The notes: generated by a model not told the origin, from the letters alone. 64,000 nucleotides of DNA from Ranitomeya imitator (GCF_032444005.1 NW_027193546.1:310001-374000), one strand, 5' to 3'; positions 36,057-49,295 are shown, counted from the first letter of the stretch. Numbers and translations: made by a program.

Positions 36057-36380
36057 AATTATCACTGCGGCCCAGTGCGGATATATATCCCCCATAAATC
36101 TACTAATCAGCGCCCAATAAGAACCGGATCTTAAATGTCTAGACAGAATATTAACCTACATTTGGAAACCGCCCGGAACACCCCCGATTAGAGCTGTAGA
36201 GGGATCTGCTTCGAATAAGCCGTTTAGTCTTTCCACTTCAAGATATCATTCGGACTATTCAGTATTCGGAGCGTAAAATCGGCACCGATGAGTGTTCTAC
36301 CAACATTACAGCGACATCACCAAAGCAGAGAAATCAGATCCTAGCAGTCAGGTGCAGCCTCTCACTTAGAAGATGTGGGT

Positions 36381-36396
36381 GGCTCTGATAAGAGCC
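36381..36396 (-). terminator. Orphaned histone stem-loop belonging to the H4(-) gene 14 kb away
   Basis: Minus strand reads ctcacaacccaaaGGCTCT-TATC-AGAGCCacccacat, matching the H4(+) 3' UTR. Adjacent to the hAT target duplication. Confidence 0.9.
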
Positions 36397-37149
36397 TTTG
36401 GGTTGTGAGTAGGGTTGAGCGAAACGGGTCGTTCATTTTCAAAAGTCGCCGACTTTTGGCAAAGTCGGGTTTCATGAAACCCGATCCGACCCCTGTGCGG
36501 GGTCGGCCATGCGGTACGCGACTTTCGCGCCAAAGTCGCGTTTCAATGACGCGAAAAGCGCCATTTCTCAGCCAATGAAGGTAAACGCAGAGTGTGGGCA
36601 GCGTGATGACATAGGTCCTGGTCCCCACCATCTTAGAGAAGGGCATTGCAGTGATTGGCTTGCTGTCTGCGACGTCACAGGGGCTATAAAGGGGCGTTCC
36701 CGCCGACCGCCATGTTACTGCTGCTGATCTGAGCTTAGGGAGAGGTTGCTGCCGCTTCGTCAGAAGCAGGGATAGCGTTAGGCAGGGTCCATTAACCACC
36801 AAACCGCTTGTGCTGTAGCGATTTCCACTGCCCAACACCACCTTCGGTGTGCAGGGACAGTGGAAGCTACTTTTTTTTTTTTTTTTCCTCAGCGCTGTAG
36901 CTCATTGGGCTGCCCTAGAAGGCTCCCTGATAGCTGCATTGCTGTGTGTACGCCGCTGTGCAAACCAACTGCTTTTTTCAAAGCACAAATCCTCTTGTTC
37001 CTTCCTTTCTGCACAGCTATCTTGTTTGTTTGTCCACACTTTTTATTTAATTTGTGCATCAGTCCACTCCTTATTGCTGCCTGCCATACCTGGCTGAGAT
37101 TACTGCAGGGAGATAGTAATTGAAGGACACTCCCTGTTTTTTTTTTTTT

Positions 37150-37880
37150 TTTGTGGGAGATTAAGATTGACATTTCTGCTAGAGTGCCATCCCTGTCTGT
37201 GTCATCTCTCACTCAGTGGGCCATAGAAAGCCTATTTATTTTTTTGCTTGATTTGGGTTATAAAATCTACCTGAAAAAATCACTACATCAATCAGTGGGA
37301 GAAAAATATTGGCCTCAGGGCTTGTGTGCCACTCCTGACTCCTGTGTGCATCATCACTCACTCAGTGGGCCATAGAAAGCCCTTTTTTTTTTTTTTTTTT
37401 TTTTTTTGCTTTATTTGGGTTCTAAATTCTACCTGAAAAAATCAATAAATCAATCAGTGGGAGATTAATATTGGCCTTTGGGCTTGTGTGCCAGTCTTGA
37501 GCGTGCCATCTCTCTCTCTCTCAGATAGTGGGCCATAGAAAGCTTATTTATTATTTTTTTTATTGGGTTTATAAATTTTCCCTGGAACAAAAAAAAAAAG
37601 TGGGAGATAAATATTGGCCTCTGGGCTTGTGTGCCACTCCTGACTCCTGTGTGTGTCATCTCTCACTCAGTGGGCCATAGAAAGCCTTTTTTTGTTTTAT
37701 TTGTTTTCTAAATTCTCCCTGAAAAAATCATTTTATTTTATTTGGTTTCTAAATTCTTCCTGAAAAAATCATTTTATTCTATTATTTTTTTTTTCCTAAA
37801 GTCTCCCTGAAAAAAAAAAAAAATCAAATCAGTGGGAGATTAATATTTACATTTGTGCTTCAGTGACAGTCCTGCGTGTG
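37150..37880. repeat. Diverged tandem repeats in the 5' subterminal region of the hAT
   Basis: Recurring gtgggagat..aatattggcct...ctcactcagtgggccatagaaagcc with poly-T/A spacers, about 4-5 copies. Confidence 0.75.
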
Positions 37881-38054
37881 TGGCATCTCTCTCATTTGTT
37901 GCCACCAACAACAGAGTGTGTAACATTGTGCCTGATTTTCGTTGTGGTCTCACTCACCTGTAAAGGGGTAGCTAAATCATACTGAAGTTATAGCTCACCG
38001 TGTAAGTTGTGTGACAGCAACAAATACCGTTAGTTTGTTTACGTTTTTAAAACA

Positions 38055-41000
38055 ATGAGGAAGTATGGTGGAAGAGGTCGTGGCCGGGGGCGTTCATTGT
38101 CAGCTGGTAATGAGGGTAGTGGTAGTGGTGGAGCATCAGCTGGTCGTGGGAAAAAAAATATTGCACCTAAGTCTGGAGCTGTGGAGCCAGGTTTGTCGTC
38201 AGGCTACACAAGACCTCAAACGCTCCCTTTTCTGGGAGTAGGAAAACCGCTTTTAAAGCCGGAGCAGCAAGAGCAAGTTTTGGCTTATCTTGCTGACTCA
38301 GCCTCTAGCTCTTTTGCCTCCTCTCGTGAAACTGGTAAATGTCAAAGCAGCGCGTCGTTAGTGGATGTTCATGGTCAGGGACAAGTCGCTTCCTTGTCCT
38401 TTTCAGCAAAAACAACAACAGAGAAGAATGCAGCAGGCGACACAACGGGTTACTCCATGGAGCTCTTTACACATACCGTCCCTGGCTTAGAAAGTGAAGC
38501 AGTTAACAGTCCATGCCCATTACAAGTTGAATCTGACATGGAGTGCACTGATGCACAGCCACAGCCAGACTACTATGTTGGTCCTTTGACTCAGACCACA
38601 ACATTGCCCTCGCAGGGTAATGATCAAGAATCAGACCCTGATGAGACTATGTTGCCCCATCACGAACGCTATACCACCGACCGACACGGTGACACAGACG
38701 AAGTTGCACACGAGCTACAAGAAGAGGTAATAGATGACCCAGTTCTTGACCCCGATTGGCAGCCATTGGGGGAACAGGGTGCAGGCGGCAGCAGTTCTGA
38801 AGCGGAGGAGGAGGGGCCGCAGCAGGCATCAACATCACAACAGGTTCCATCTGCCGGGCCCGTATCTTGCCCAAAACGCGTGGCAAAGCTAAAACCTGTT
38901 GGAGGACAGCGTGGCCATCCGGTTAAAGCTCAGTCTGCAATGCCTGAAAAGGTATCCGATGCTAGAAAGAGTGCAGTCTGGCATTTTTTTAAACAACATC
39001 CAATTGATCAGCGCAAAGTCATCTGTCAAAAATGTTCAACTACCTTAAGCAGAGGACAGAATCTGAAAAGTCTCAATACAAGTTGCATGCATAGACATTT
39101 AACCACCATGCATTTGCAAGCCTGGACTAACTACCAAACGTCCCTTAAGGTTGTAGCACCCTCGGCCAATGAAGCTAGTCAGCAACGCAACATCCCTTCC
39201 GGCAGTGTAGGGCCACCATTTTCCGCACCACCTGCAGTATCTGTGCAGGTTTCTTTGCCAGGCCAAAGCAGTCAGGGTCAGGGAATCACCAGTTTCGTAG
39301 TAGGAACCACTGCATCTAGGGCACCGGCGGCAACAATACCATCTCCCACCGTCTCTCAGTCTGCCATGTCCACCGGCACCCCTGCTAGTTCCACGATCTC
39401 CAGCTCTCCAGTCCAGCTCACCCTACATGAGACTATGGTTAGAAAAAGGAAGTACTTAGCCTCGCATCTGCGTACACAGGGTTTGAACGCACACATAGCT
39501 AGACTAATCTCGTTAGAGATGATGCCCTATCGGTTAGTTGAAAGCGAAGCTTTCAAAGCCCTGATGGACTACGCTGTACCACGCTACGAGCTACCCAGTC
39601 GACACTTTTTTTCAAGAAAAGCCATCCCAGCCCTCCACCAGCATGTTAAAGAGCGCATCGTCCATGCACTCAGGCAATCTGTGAGCACAAAGGTGCACCT
39701 GACAACAGATGCATGGACCAGTAGGCATGGCCAGGGACGTTACGTGTCCATCACGGCACACTGGGTAAATGTGGTGGATGCAGGGTCCACAGGGGACAGC
39801 AAGTTTGGGACAGTTCTGCCTAGCCCACGGTCTAGGAAACAATTGGCTGTAGCCGTTCGCACCCCCTCCTCCTCCTCTTCGTCCTCCTGCAGAAGCGAGA
39901 GCTCGTCCACAGACCGCAATTGCACAACCACTCCATCCGCAGCTGCCACTGTTGCACAACAGGTCTCCCATTATGGGGCAGCTACTGGCAAACGTCAGCA
40001 GGCTGTATTGGCTATGAAGTGTTTGGGCGACAACAGACACACCGCGGAAGTTCTGTCCGAGTTCTTGCAGAAAGAAACGCAGTCGTGGCTGGGCACTGTA
40101 GATCTTGAGGCAGGCAAGGTAGTGAGTGATAACGGAAGGAATTTCATGGCTGCCATCTCCCTTTCCCAACTGAAACACATTCCTTGCCTGGCTCACACCT
40201 TAAACCTGGTGGTGCAGTGCTTCCTGAAAAGTTATCCGGGGTTATCCGACCTGCTCCTCAAAGTGCGTGGACTTTGCTCACATATCCGCCGTTCGCCCGT
40301 ACACTCCAGCCGTATGCAGACCTATCAGCGTTCTTTGAACCTTCCCCAGCATCGCCTAATCATAGACGTTGCAACAAGGTGGAACTCAACACTGCACATG
40401 CTTCAGAGACTGTGTGAACAGAGGCGGGCTGTTATGTTTTTGTGGGAGGATACACATACACGGGCAGGCAGTAGGATGGCAGACATGGAGTTGTCAGGTG
40501 TGCAGTGGTCGAAGATTCAAGACATGTGTCAAGTCCTTCAGTGTTTTGAGGAATGCACATGGCTGGTTAGTGCAGACAGCGCCATAATAAGCATGAGCAT
40601 CCCCCTAATGCGTCTGCTGATGCAAAGTTTGATGCACATAAAGGATCAGGCGTCTGCAGCTGAGGAAGAGGAAAGCCTTGATGACAGTCAGCCATTGTCT
40701 GGCCAGGGCAGTGTACAGGACGAGTTAGCGGGCGAAGAGGAGGAGGAGGACGAGGAGGATGATGGGGATGATTATATTTTTAATGAGGAAGCTTTTCCGG
40801 GGCCACTGGAAATTGGTGGCGCGGCAAGGCCGGGTTCTGGTTTTTGGAGGGACACAAGTGACGTGGATTTGCCTGGAACTGCCCCTCAACCAAGCACAAC
40901 CGCAGATTTGAGAACTGGAACTTTGGCCCACATGGCGGATTATGCCTTACGTATCCTCAAAAGGGACACACGCATAACTAAAATGATGAACGATGACGAT

Positions 41001-41624
41001 TACTGGTTGGCCTGCCTCCTTGATCCTCGCTATCAAGGCAAATTGCAAAATATAATGCCACATGAGAACTTGGAACTAATATTAGCAACCAAACAATCAA
41101 CTCTTGTTGACCGTTTTCTTCTGGCATTCCCTGCACACAGCGCCCGTGATCGTTCTCACACGAGCTGCAGGGGCCAGCAGACCAGAGGAGTTAGAGGGGC
41201 AGAAATCAGAAGTGGCGTTGGCCAGAGGGGTTTTCTGACCAGGTTGTGGAGTGATTTTGCTATGACCGCAGACAGGACAGGTACTGCAGCATCAATTCAA
41301 AGTGACAGGAGACAACATTTGTCCAGTATGGTTACAAACTATTTTTCATCCCTTATCGATGTTCTCCCTCAAGCGTCATTCCTATTTGATTACTGGGCAT
41401 CAAAATTAGACACCTGGCCAGAATTGGCAGAATATGCTTTGCAGGAGCTTGCTTGCCCGGCAGCTAGTGTCCTATCAGAAAGAGTATTCAGTGCTGCAGG
41501 TTCAATACTAACAGAAAAAAGGACTCGTCTGGCTACCCAAAATGTAGATGATCTAACCTTCATTAAAATGAACCACAACTGGATTTCGAAATCTTTTGCC
41601 CCACCTTGCCCGGCTGACACCTAG
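38055..41624 (+). CDS. hAT transposase with BED zinc finger, RNase H-like DDE core and C-terminal dimerization domain (1189 aa, uninterrupted)
   Basis: BED finger SAVWHFF...CQKC...CMHRHLTTMH; catalytic D in LTTDAWTS, D in VVSDNG, CxxH (CLAH), DVATRWNST, E in SVLSERVFS; WASKLDTWPELA dimerization domain. Confidence 0.96.
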   Translation: MRKYGGRGRGRGRSLSAGNEGSGSGGASAGRGKKNIAPKSGAVEPGLSSGYTRPQTLPFLGVGKPLLKPEQQEQVLAYLADSASSSFASSRETGKCQSSASLVDVHGQGQVASLSFSAKTTTEKNAAGDTTGYSMELFTHTVPGLESEAVNSPCPLQVESDMECTDAQPQPDYYVGPLTQTTTLPSQGNDQESDPDETMLPHHERYTTDRHGDTDEVAHELQEEVIDDPVLDPDWQPLGEQGAGGSSSEAEEEGPQQASTSQQVPSAGPVSCPKRVAKLKPVGGQRGHPVKAQSAMPEKVSDARKSAVWHFFKQHPIDQRKVICQKCSTTLSRGQNLKSLNTSCMHRHLTTMHLQAWTNYQTSLKVVAPSANEASQQRNIPSGSVGPPFSAPPAVSVQVSLPGQSSQGQGITSFVVGTTASRAPAATIPSPTVSQSAMSTGTPASSTISSSPVQLTLHETMVRKRKYLASHLRTQGLNAHIARLISLEMMPYRLVESEAFKALMDYAVPRYELPSRHFFSRKAIPALHQHVKERIVHALRQSVSTKVHLTTDAWTSRHGQGRYVSITAHWVNVVDAGSTGDSKFGTVLPSPRSRKQLAVAVRTPSSSSSSSCRSESSSTDRNCTTTPSAAATVAQQVSHYGAATGKRQQAVLAMKCLGDNRHTAEVLSEFLQKETQSWLGTVDLEAGKVVSDNGRNFMAAISLSQLKHIPCLAHTLNLVVQCFLKSYPGLSDLLLKVRGLCSHIRRSPVHSSRMQTYQRSLNLPQHRLIIDVATRWNSTLHMLQRLCEQRRAVMFLWEDTHTRAGSRMADMELSGVQWSKIQDMCQVLQCFEECTWLVSADSAIISMSIPLMRLLMQSLMHIKDQASAAEEEESLDDSQPLSGQGSVQDELAGEEEEEDEEDDGDDYIFNEEAFPGPLEIGGAARPGSGFWRDTSDVDLPGTAPQPSTTADLRTGTLAHMADYALRILKRDTRITKMMNDDDYWLACLLDPRYQGKLQNIMPHENLELILATKQSTLVDRFLLAFPAHSARDRSHTSCRGQQTRGVRGAEIRSGVGQRGFLTRLWSDFAMTADRTGTAASIQSDRRQHLSSMVTNYFSSLIDVLPQASFLFDYWASKLDTWPELAEYALQELACPAASVLSERVFSAAGSILTEKRTRLATQNVDDLTFIKMNHNWISKSFAPPCPADT

Positions 41625-42090
41625 CTTTCCTATGAAAAGGTCTTGCCTGTGGACTATTCTGAATGCCTTTTCCAATCTCGTAATTTTCTGCACCTCATTG
41701 TCCAGCATACGACATGTTTACACCTCACTAAATGGCCAAACTCCCCACACGGGGCCGTGGTATCGACACTTGGCGACAGCACCCGTGAGAGTGCAGTTTG
41801 TCTGAAGAGGTGGGTGTGCCCGCTTTTGGTCGACGGCACTGCCACTGGGTCCCTCCTAGTACAATAAAGTGTCTCTGGTGGTGGTGGTGCGCACCCAACG
41901 TCAGACACACCGTTGTAATATGAGGGGCCCTGGGCCTGTACCGCCGGCCACAAGACAGTTCCCCCCCCAGCTCAAACAGTGCTCTACCACTTGCAAAATT
42001 ATCTCACAGCTCCACCAATGTTTAGTCTATGCGCTGACATCCTTCAATGCCTGCCACTGACAATACCATTGTATTGACATTTTTGTTATG

Positions 42091-42535
42091 TTAGGCCTTC
42101 GATTCCTGTCTATGGTCACTCCTTCCACTAGGCCTCCACTGACCTGTCTACTGCTGCCCGTGTACCCCTGGAACCAATTTAAAATTGCCTACAGCCATGT
42201 GTTATTATTTTAGGCCTTCGATGCCTGTCTGCGGTTACTCCTTCCACTAGGCCTCCACTGACCACACCACTGCTGCCCGTGTACCCCTGGAACCAATTTA
42301 AATTTGCCTACAGCCATGTGTTATTATTTTAGGCCTTCGATGCCTGTCTGCGGTCACTCCTTCCACTAGGCCTCCACTGACCACACCACTGCTGCCCGTG
42401 TACCCCTGTAACCAATTTAAAATTGCCTACAGCCATGTGTCATTATTTTAGGCCTTCGATGCCTGTCTGCGGTCACTCCTTCCACTAGGCCTCCACTGAC
42501 CACACCACTGCTGCCCGTGTACCCCTGGAACCAAC
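42091..42535. repeat. ~119-bp tandem repeat, ~4 copies, inside the hAT
   Basis: ttaggccttcgatgcctgtctgcggtcactccttccactaggcctccactgacc recurs near 42091, 42210, 42330 and 42449. Confidence 0.9.
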
Positions 42536-42987
42536 ATCAGAAAATATAAAAATAAGTATTTTGCTTATAAAAAAGAAAATACTGGAGAGATATCAAATGC
42601 AGACATTTTAACATTAAAAACAAACACATACAACAAAAATCTGGTACAGTACTAAAAATGGCCACCAGCTACAATAACTTTCTCCTGCAAGTAGTTAACT
42701 GAAAGGTTTTTTCAATTTTAAACACAGATATGGCATCCACCGAGTGTTGTCCTGTCGCGTCTTCTTTATATTATTGCCAAGAAGATGCAAAACAATGAAA
42801 ATAATAAAATCATTATTTACCAAAAAAATAGAGTAAGTCAAAACCACATTGCAAATAAACATTCATTACAAATAAAGAAGCAGGGTGCGTCCGAGGGTGA
42901 GTATATACCTAATAAGAATATAATCACCCTCGGACGCGCCCTGCTTCTTTCCGACAGCCTTCCTTCCTAAGAATCAGCCCTTCCGTG

Positions 42988-45900
42988 GTGTAGAGAGAGG
43001 GTTTGTTACACTCCAAGGTGTTCCCCAGGTTGCCTTTCCTGAGCTTCGATCTTCCGGCTCTCGTTTAGTAGTTGTTGGAAACTATGCTGCATTAGGCCTA
43101 CAAATTGGGTATGGGGTGTAGAGAGATGGTGTGTTCCACTCCAAGGTGTTCTCCAGGTTGCCTTTCCTGAGCTTCGATCTTCCGGCTCTCGTTTAGTAGT
43201 TGTTGGAAACTACGCTGCATTAGGCCTACAAATTGGGTATGGGGTGTAGAGAGATGGTGTGTTCCACTGTAGAGAGATGGTGTGTTCCACTCCAAGGTGT
43301 TCCCCAGGTTTCCTCGCCAATGCTTCGATCATCATGCTCTCGTTTAGTAGTTGTTGGAAACTACGCTGCATTAGGCCTACAAATTGGGTATGGGGTGTAG
43401 AGAGATGGTGTGTTCCACTCCAAGGTGTTCTCCAGGTTGCCTTTCCTGAGCTTCGATCTTCCAGCTCTCGTTTAGTAGTTGTTGGAAACTACGCTGCATT
43501 AGGCCTACAAATTGGGTATGGGGTGTAGAGAGATGGTGTGTTCCACTGTAGAGAGATGGTGTGTTCCACTCCAAGGTGTTCCCCAGGTTTCCTTGCCAAT
43601 GCTTCGATCATCATGCTCTCGTTTAGTAGTTGTTGGAAACTACGCTGCATTAGGCCTACAAATTGGGTATGGGGTGTAGAGAGATGGTGTGTTCCACTCC
43701 AAGGTGTTCTCCAGGTTGCCTTTCCTGAGCTTCGATCTTCCGACTCTCGTTTAGTAGTTCTTGGAAACTACACTGCATTAGGCCTACAAATTGGGTATGG
43801 GGTGTAGAGAGATGGTGTGTTCCACTCCAAGGTGTTCTCCAGGTTGCCTTTCCTGAGCTTCGATCTTCCGCCTCGTTTAGTAGTTGTTGGAAACTACGCT
43901 GCATTAGGCCTACAAATTGGGTATGGGGTGTAGAGAGATGGTGTGTTCCACTCCAAGGTGTTCCCCAGGTTTCCTCGCCAATGCTTCGATCATCATGCTC
44001 TCGTTTAGTAGTTGTTGGAAACTATGCTGCATTAGGCCTACAAATTGGGTATGGGGTGTAGAGAGATGGTGTGTTCCACTCCAAGGTGTTCCCCAGGTTT
44101 CCTCGCCAATGCTTCGATCATCATGCTCTCGTTTAGTAGTTGTTGGAAACTACGCTGCATTAGGCCTACAAATTGGGTATGGGGTGTAGAGAGATGGTGT
44201 GTTCCACTCCAAGGTGTTCTCCAGGTTGCCTTTCCTGAGCTTCGATCTTCCGGCTCTCGTTTAGTAGTTCTTGGAAACTACACTGCATTAGGCCTACAAA
44301 TTGGGTATGGGGTGTAGAGAGATGGTGTGTTCCACTCCAAGGTGTTCTCCAGGTTGCCTTTCCTGAGCTTCGATCTTCCGGCTCTCGTTTAGTAGTTGTT
44401 GGAAACTACGCTGCATTAGGCCTACAAATTGGGTATGGGGCGTAGAAAGATAGTGTGTTCCACTCCAAGGTGTTCCCCAGGTTTCCTCGCCAATGCTTCG
44501 ATCATCATGCTCTCGTTTAGTAGTTGTTGGAAACTATGCTGCATTAGGCCTACAAATTGGGTATGGGGTGTAGAGAGATGGTGTGTTCCACTCCAAGGTG
44601 TTCCCCAGGTTTCCTCGCCAATGCTTCGATCATCATGCTCTCGTTTAGTAGTTGTTGGAAACTACACTGCATTAGGCCTACAAATTGGGTATGGGGTGTA
44701 GAGAGATGGTGTCTTCCACTCCAAGGTGTTCTCCAGGTTGCCTTTCCTGAGCTTCGATCTTCCGACTCTCGTTTAGTAGTTGTTGGAAACTACGCTGCAT
44801 TAGGCCTACAAATTGGGTATGGGGTGTAGAGAGATGGTGTGTTCCACTGTAGAGAGATGGTGTGTTCCACTCCAAGGTGTTCCCAAGGTTTCCTTGCCAA
44901 TGCTTCGATCATCATGCTCTCGTTTAGTAGTTGTTGGAAACTACGCTGCATTAGGCCTACAAATTGGGTATGGGGTGTAGAGAGATGGTGTGTTCCACTC
45001 CAAGGTGTTCCCCAGGTTTCCTCGCCAATGCTTCGATCATCATGCTCTCGTTTAGTAGTTGTTGGAAACTACGCTGCATTAGGCCTACATATTGGGTATG
45101 GGGTGTAGAGAGATGGTGTGTTCCACTCCAAGGTGTTCTCCAGGTTGCCTTTCCTGAGCTTCGATCTTCCGGCTCTCGTTTAGTAGTTGTTGGAAACTAT
45201 GCTGCATTAGGCCTACAAATTGGGTATGGGGTGTAGAGAGATGGTGTGTTCCACTGTAGAGAGATGGTGTGTTCCACTCCAAGGTGTTCCCCAGGTTTCC
45301 TTGCCAATGCTTCGATCATCATGCTCTCGTTTAGTAGTTGGAAACTACGCTGCATTAGGCCTACAAATTGGGTATGGGGTGTAGAGAGATGGTGTGTTCC
45401 ACTCCAAGGTGTTCTCCAGGTTGCCTTTCCTGAGCTTCGATCTTCCGGCTCTCGTTTAGTAGTTCTTGGAAACTACACTGCATTAGGCCTACAAATTGGG
45501 TATGGGGTGTAGAGAGATGGTGTGTTCCACTCCAAGGTGTTCTCCAGGTTGCCTTTCCTGAGCTTCGATCTTCCGGCTCTCGTTTAGTAGTTGTTGGAAA
45601 CTACACTGCATTAGGCCTACAAATTGGGTATGGGGTGTAGAGAGATGGTGTGTTCCACTCCAAGGTGTTCCCCAGGTTTCCTCGCCAATGCTTCGATCAT
45701 CATGCTCTCGTTTAGTAGTTGCTGGAAACTACGCTGCATTAGGCCTACAAATTGGGTATGGGGTGTAGAGAGATGGTGTGTTCCACTCCAAGGTGTTCCC
45801 CAGGTTTCCTCGCCAATGCTTCGATCATCATGCTCTCGTTTAGTAGTTGTTGGAAACTACGCTGCATTAGGCCTACAAATTGGGTATGGGGTGTAGAGAG

Positions 45901-48900
45901 ATGGTGTGTTCCACTCCAAGGTGTTCTCCAGGTTGCCTTTCCTGAGCTTCGATCTTCCGGCTCTCGTTTAGTAGTTCTTGGAAACTACACTGCATTAGGC
46001 CTACAAATTGGGTATGGGGTGTAGAGAGATGGTGTGTTCCACTCCAAGGTGTTCTCCAGGTTACCTTTCCTGAGCTTCGATCTTCCGGCTCTCGTTTAGT
46101 AGTTGTTGGAAACTACGCTGCATTAGGCCTACAAATTGGGTATGGGGTGTAGAGAGATGGTGTGTTCCACTCCAAGGTGTTCCCCAGGTTTCCTCGCCAA
46201 TGCTTCGATCATCATGCTCTCGTTTAGTAGTTGTTGGAAACTACGCTGCATTAGGCCTACAAATTGGGTATGGGGTGTAGAGAGATGGTGTGTTCCACTC
46301 CAAGGTGTTCCCCAGGTTTCCTCGCCAATGCTTCGATCATCATGCTCTCGTTTAGTAGTTGTTGGAAACTACGCTGCATTAGGCCTACAAATTGGGTATG
46401 GGGTGTAGAGAGATGGTGTGTTCCACTCCAAGGTGTTCTCCAGGTTGCCTTTCCTGAGCTTCGATCTTCCGGCTCTCGTTTAGTAGTTCTTGGAAACTAC
46501 ACTGCATTAGGCCTACAAATTGGGTATGGGGTGTAGAGAGATGGTGTGTTCCACTCCAAGGTGTTCTCCAGGTTGCCTTTCCTGAGCTTCGATCTTCCGG
46601 CTCTCGTTTAGTAGTTGTTGGAAACTACACTGCATTAGGCCTACAAATTGGGTATGGGGTGTAGAGAGATGGTGTGTTCCACTCCAAGGTGTTCCCCAGG
46701 TTTCCTCGCCAATGCTTCGATCATCATGCTCTCGTTTAGTAGTTGCTGGAAACTACGCTGCATTAGGCCTACAAATTGGGTATGGGGTGTAGAGAGATGG
46801 TGTGTTCCACTCCAAGGTGTTCTCCAGGTTACCTTTCCTGAGCTTCGATCTTCCGGCTCTCGTTTAGTAGTTGTTGGAAACTACGCTGCATTAGGCCTAC
46901 AAATTGGGTATGGGGTGTAGAGAGATGGTGTGTTCCACTCCAAGGTGTTCCCCAGGTTTCCTCGCCAATGCTTCGATCATCATGCTCTCGTTTAGTAGTT
47001 GTTGGAAACTACGCTGCATTAGGCCTACAAATTGGGTATGGGGTGTAGAGAGATGGTGTGTTCCACTCCAAGGTGTTCCCCAGGTTTCCTCGCCAATGCT
47101 TCGATCATCATGCTCTCGTTTAGTAGTTGTTGGAAACTACGCTGCATTAGGCCTACAAATTGGGTATGGGGTGTAGAGAGATGGTGTGTTCCACTCCAAG
47201 GTGTTCTCCAGGTTGCCTTTCCTGAGCTTCGATCTTCCGGCTCTCGTTTAGTAGTTCTTGGAAACTACACTGCATTAGGCCTACAAATTGGGTATGGGGT
47301 GTAGAGAGATGGTGTGTTCCACTCCAAGGTGTTCTCCAGGTTGCCTTTCCTGAGCTTCGATCTTCCGGCTCTCGTTTAGTAGTTGTTGGAAACTACACTG
47401 CATTAGGCCTACAAATTGGGTATGGGGTGTAGAGAGATGGTGTGTTCCACTCCAAGGTGTTCCCCAGGTTTCCTCGCCAATGCTTCGATCATCATGCTCT
47501 CGTTTAGTAGTTGCTGGAAACTACGCTGCATTAGGCCTACAAATTGGGTATGGGGTGTAGAGAGATGGTGTGTTCCACTCCAAGGTGTTCCCCAGGTTTC
47601 CTCGCCAATGCTTCGATCATCATGCTCTCGTTTAGTAGTTGTTGGAAACTACGCTGCATTAGGCCTACAAATTGGGTATGGGGTGTAGAGAGATGGTGTG
47701 TTCCACTCCAAGGTGTTCCCCAGGTTTCCTCGCCAATGCTTCGATCATCATGCTCTCGTTTAGTAGTTGTTGGAAACTACGCTGCATTAGGCCTACAAAT
47801 TGGGTATGGGGTGTAGAGAGATGTGTGTTCCACTCCAAGGTGTTCTCCAGGTTGCCTTTACTGAGCTTCGATCTTCCGGCTCTCGTTTAGTAGTTCTTGG
47901 AAACTACACTGCATTAGGCCTACAAATTGGGTATGGGGTGTAGAGAGATGGTGTGTTCCACTCCAAGGTGTTCTCCAGGTTACCTTTCCTGAGCTTCGAT
48001 CTTCCGGCTCTCGTTTAGTAGTTGTTGGAAACTACGCTGCATTAGGCCTACAAATTGGGTATGGGGTGTAGAGAGATGGTGTGTTCCACTCCAAGGTGTT
48101 CCCCAGGTTTCCTCGCCAATGCTTCGATCATCATGCTCTCGTTTAGTAGTTGTTGGAAACTACGCTGCATTAGGCCTACAAATTGGGTATGGGGTGTAGA
48201 GAGATGGTGTGTTCCACTCCAAGGTGTTCCCCAGGTTTCCTCGCCAATGCTTCGATCATCATGCTCTCGTTTAGTAGTTGTTGGAAACTACGCTGCATTA
48301 GGCCTACAAATTGGGTATGGGGTGTAGAGAGATGTGTGTTCCACTCCAAGGTGTTCTCCAGGTTGCCTTTACTGAGCTTCGATCTTCCGGCTCTCGTTTA
48401 GTAGTTGTTGGAAACTACGCTGCATTAGGCCTACAAATTGGGTATGGGGTGTAGAGAGATGGTGTGTTCCACTCCAAGGTGTTCTCCAGGTTGCCTTTCC
48501 TGAACTTCGATCTTCCGGCTCTCGTTTAGTAGTTCTTGGAAACTACACTGCATTAGGCCTACAAATTGGGTATGGGGTGTAGAGAGATGGTGTGTTCCAC
48601 TCCAAGGTGTTCTCCAGGTTGCCTTTCCTGAGCTTCGATCTTCCGGCTCTCGTTTAGTAGTTGTTGGAAACTACGCTGCATTATGCCTACAAATTGGGTA
48701 TGGGGTGTAGAGAGATGGTGTGTTCCACTCCAAGGTGTTCCCCAGATTTCCTCGCCAATGCTTCGATCATCATGCTCTCGTTTAGTAGTTGTTGGAAACT
48801 ACGCTGCATTGGGCCTACAAATTGGGTATGGGTTGTAGAGAGATGGTGTGTTCCACTCCAAGGTGTTCTCCAAGTTGCCTTTCATGAGCTTCGATCTTCC

Positions 48901-49295
48901 GGCTCTCGTTTAGTAGTTCTTGGAAAGTACACTGCATTAGGCCTACAAATTGGGTATGGGGTGTAGAGAGATGGTGTGTTCCACTCCAAGGTGTTCTCCA
49001 GGTTGCCTTTCCTGAGCTTCGATCTTCTGGCTCTCGTTTAGTAGTTGTTGGAAACTACGCTGCATTAGGCCTACAAATTGGGTATGGGGTGTAGAGAGAG
49101 GGTGTGTTCCACTCCAAGGTGTTCCCCAGGTTTCCTCGCCAATGCTTCGATCATTATGCTCTCGTTTAGTAGTTGTTGGAAACTACGCTGCATTAGACCT
49201 ACAAATTGGGTATGGGGTGTAGAGAGATGGTGTGTTCCACTCCAAGGTGTTCTCCAGGTTGCCTTTCCTGAACTTCTATCTTCAGGCTCTCATTA
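42988..49295. repeat. 128-bp satellite array (~49 units, two variants) inside the hAT
   Basis: Shared core ctcgtttagtagttgttggaaactacgctgcattaggcctacaaattgggtatggggtgtagagagatggtgtgttccactccaaggtg. Variant A continues ttctccaggttgcctttcctgagc, variant B continues ttccccaggtttcctcgccaatgc. Confidence 0.97.

Noticed and set aside
42988-49295. CRISPR-like regular repeat array
   Set aside because: There are no unique spacers, only two alternating variants; no cas genes; eukaryotic context.
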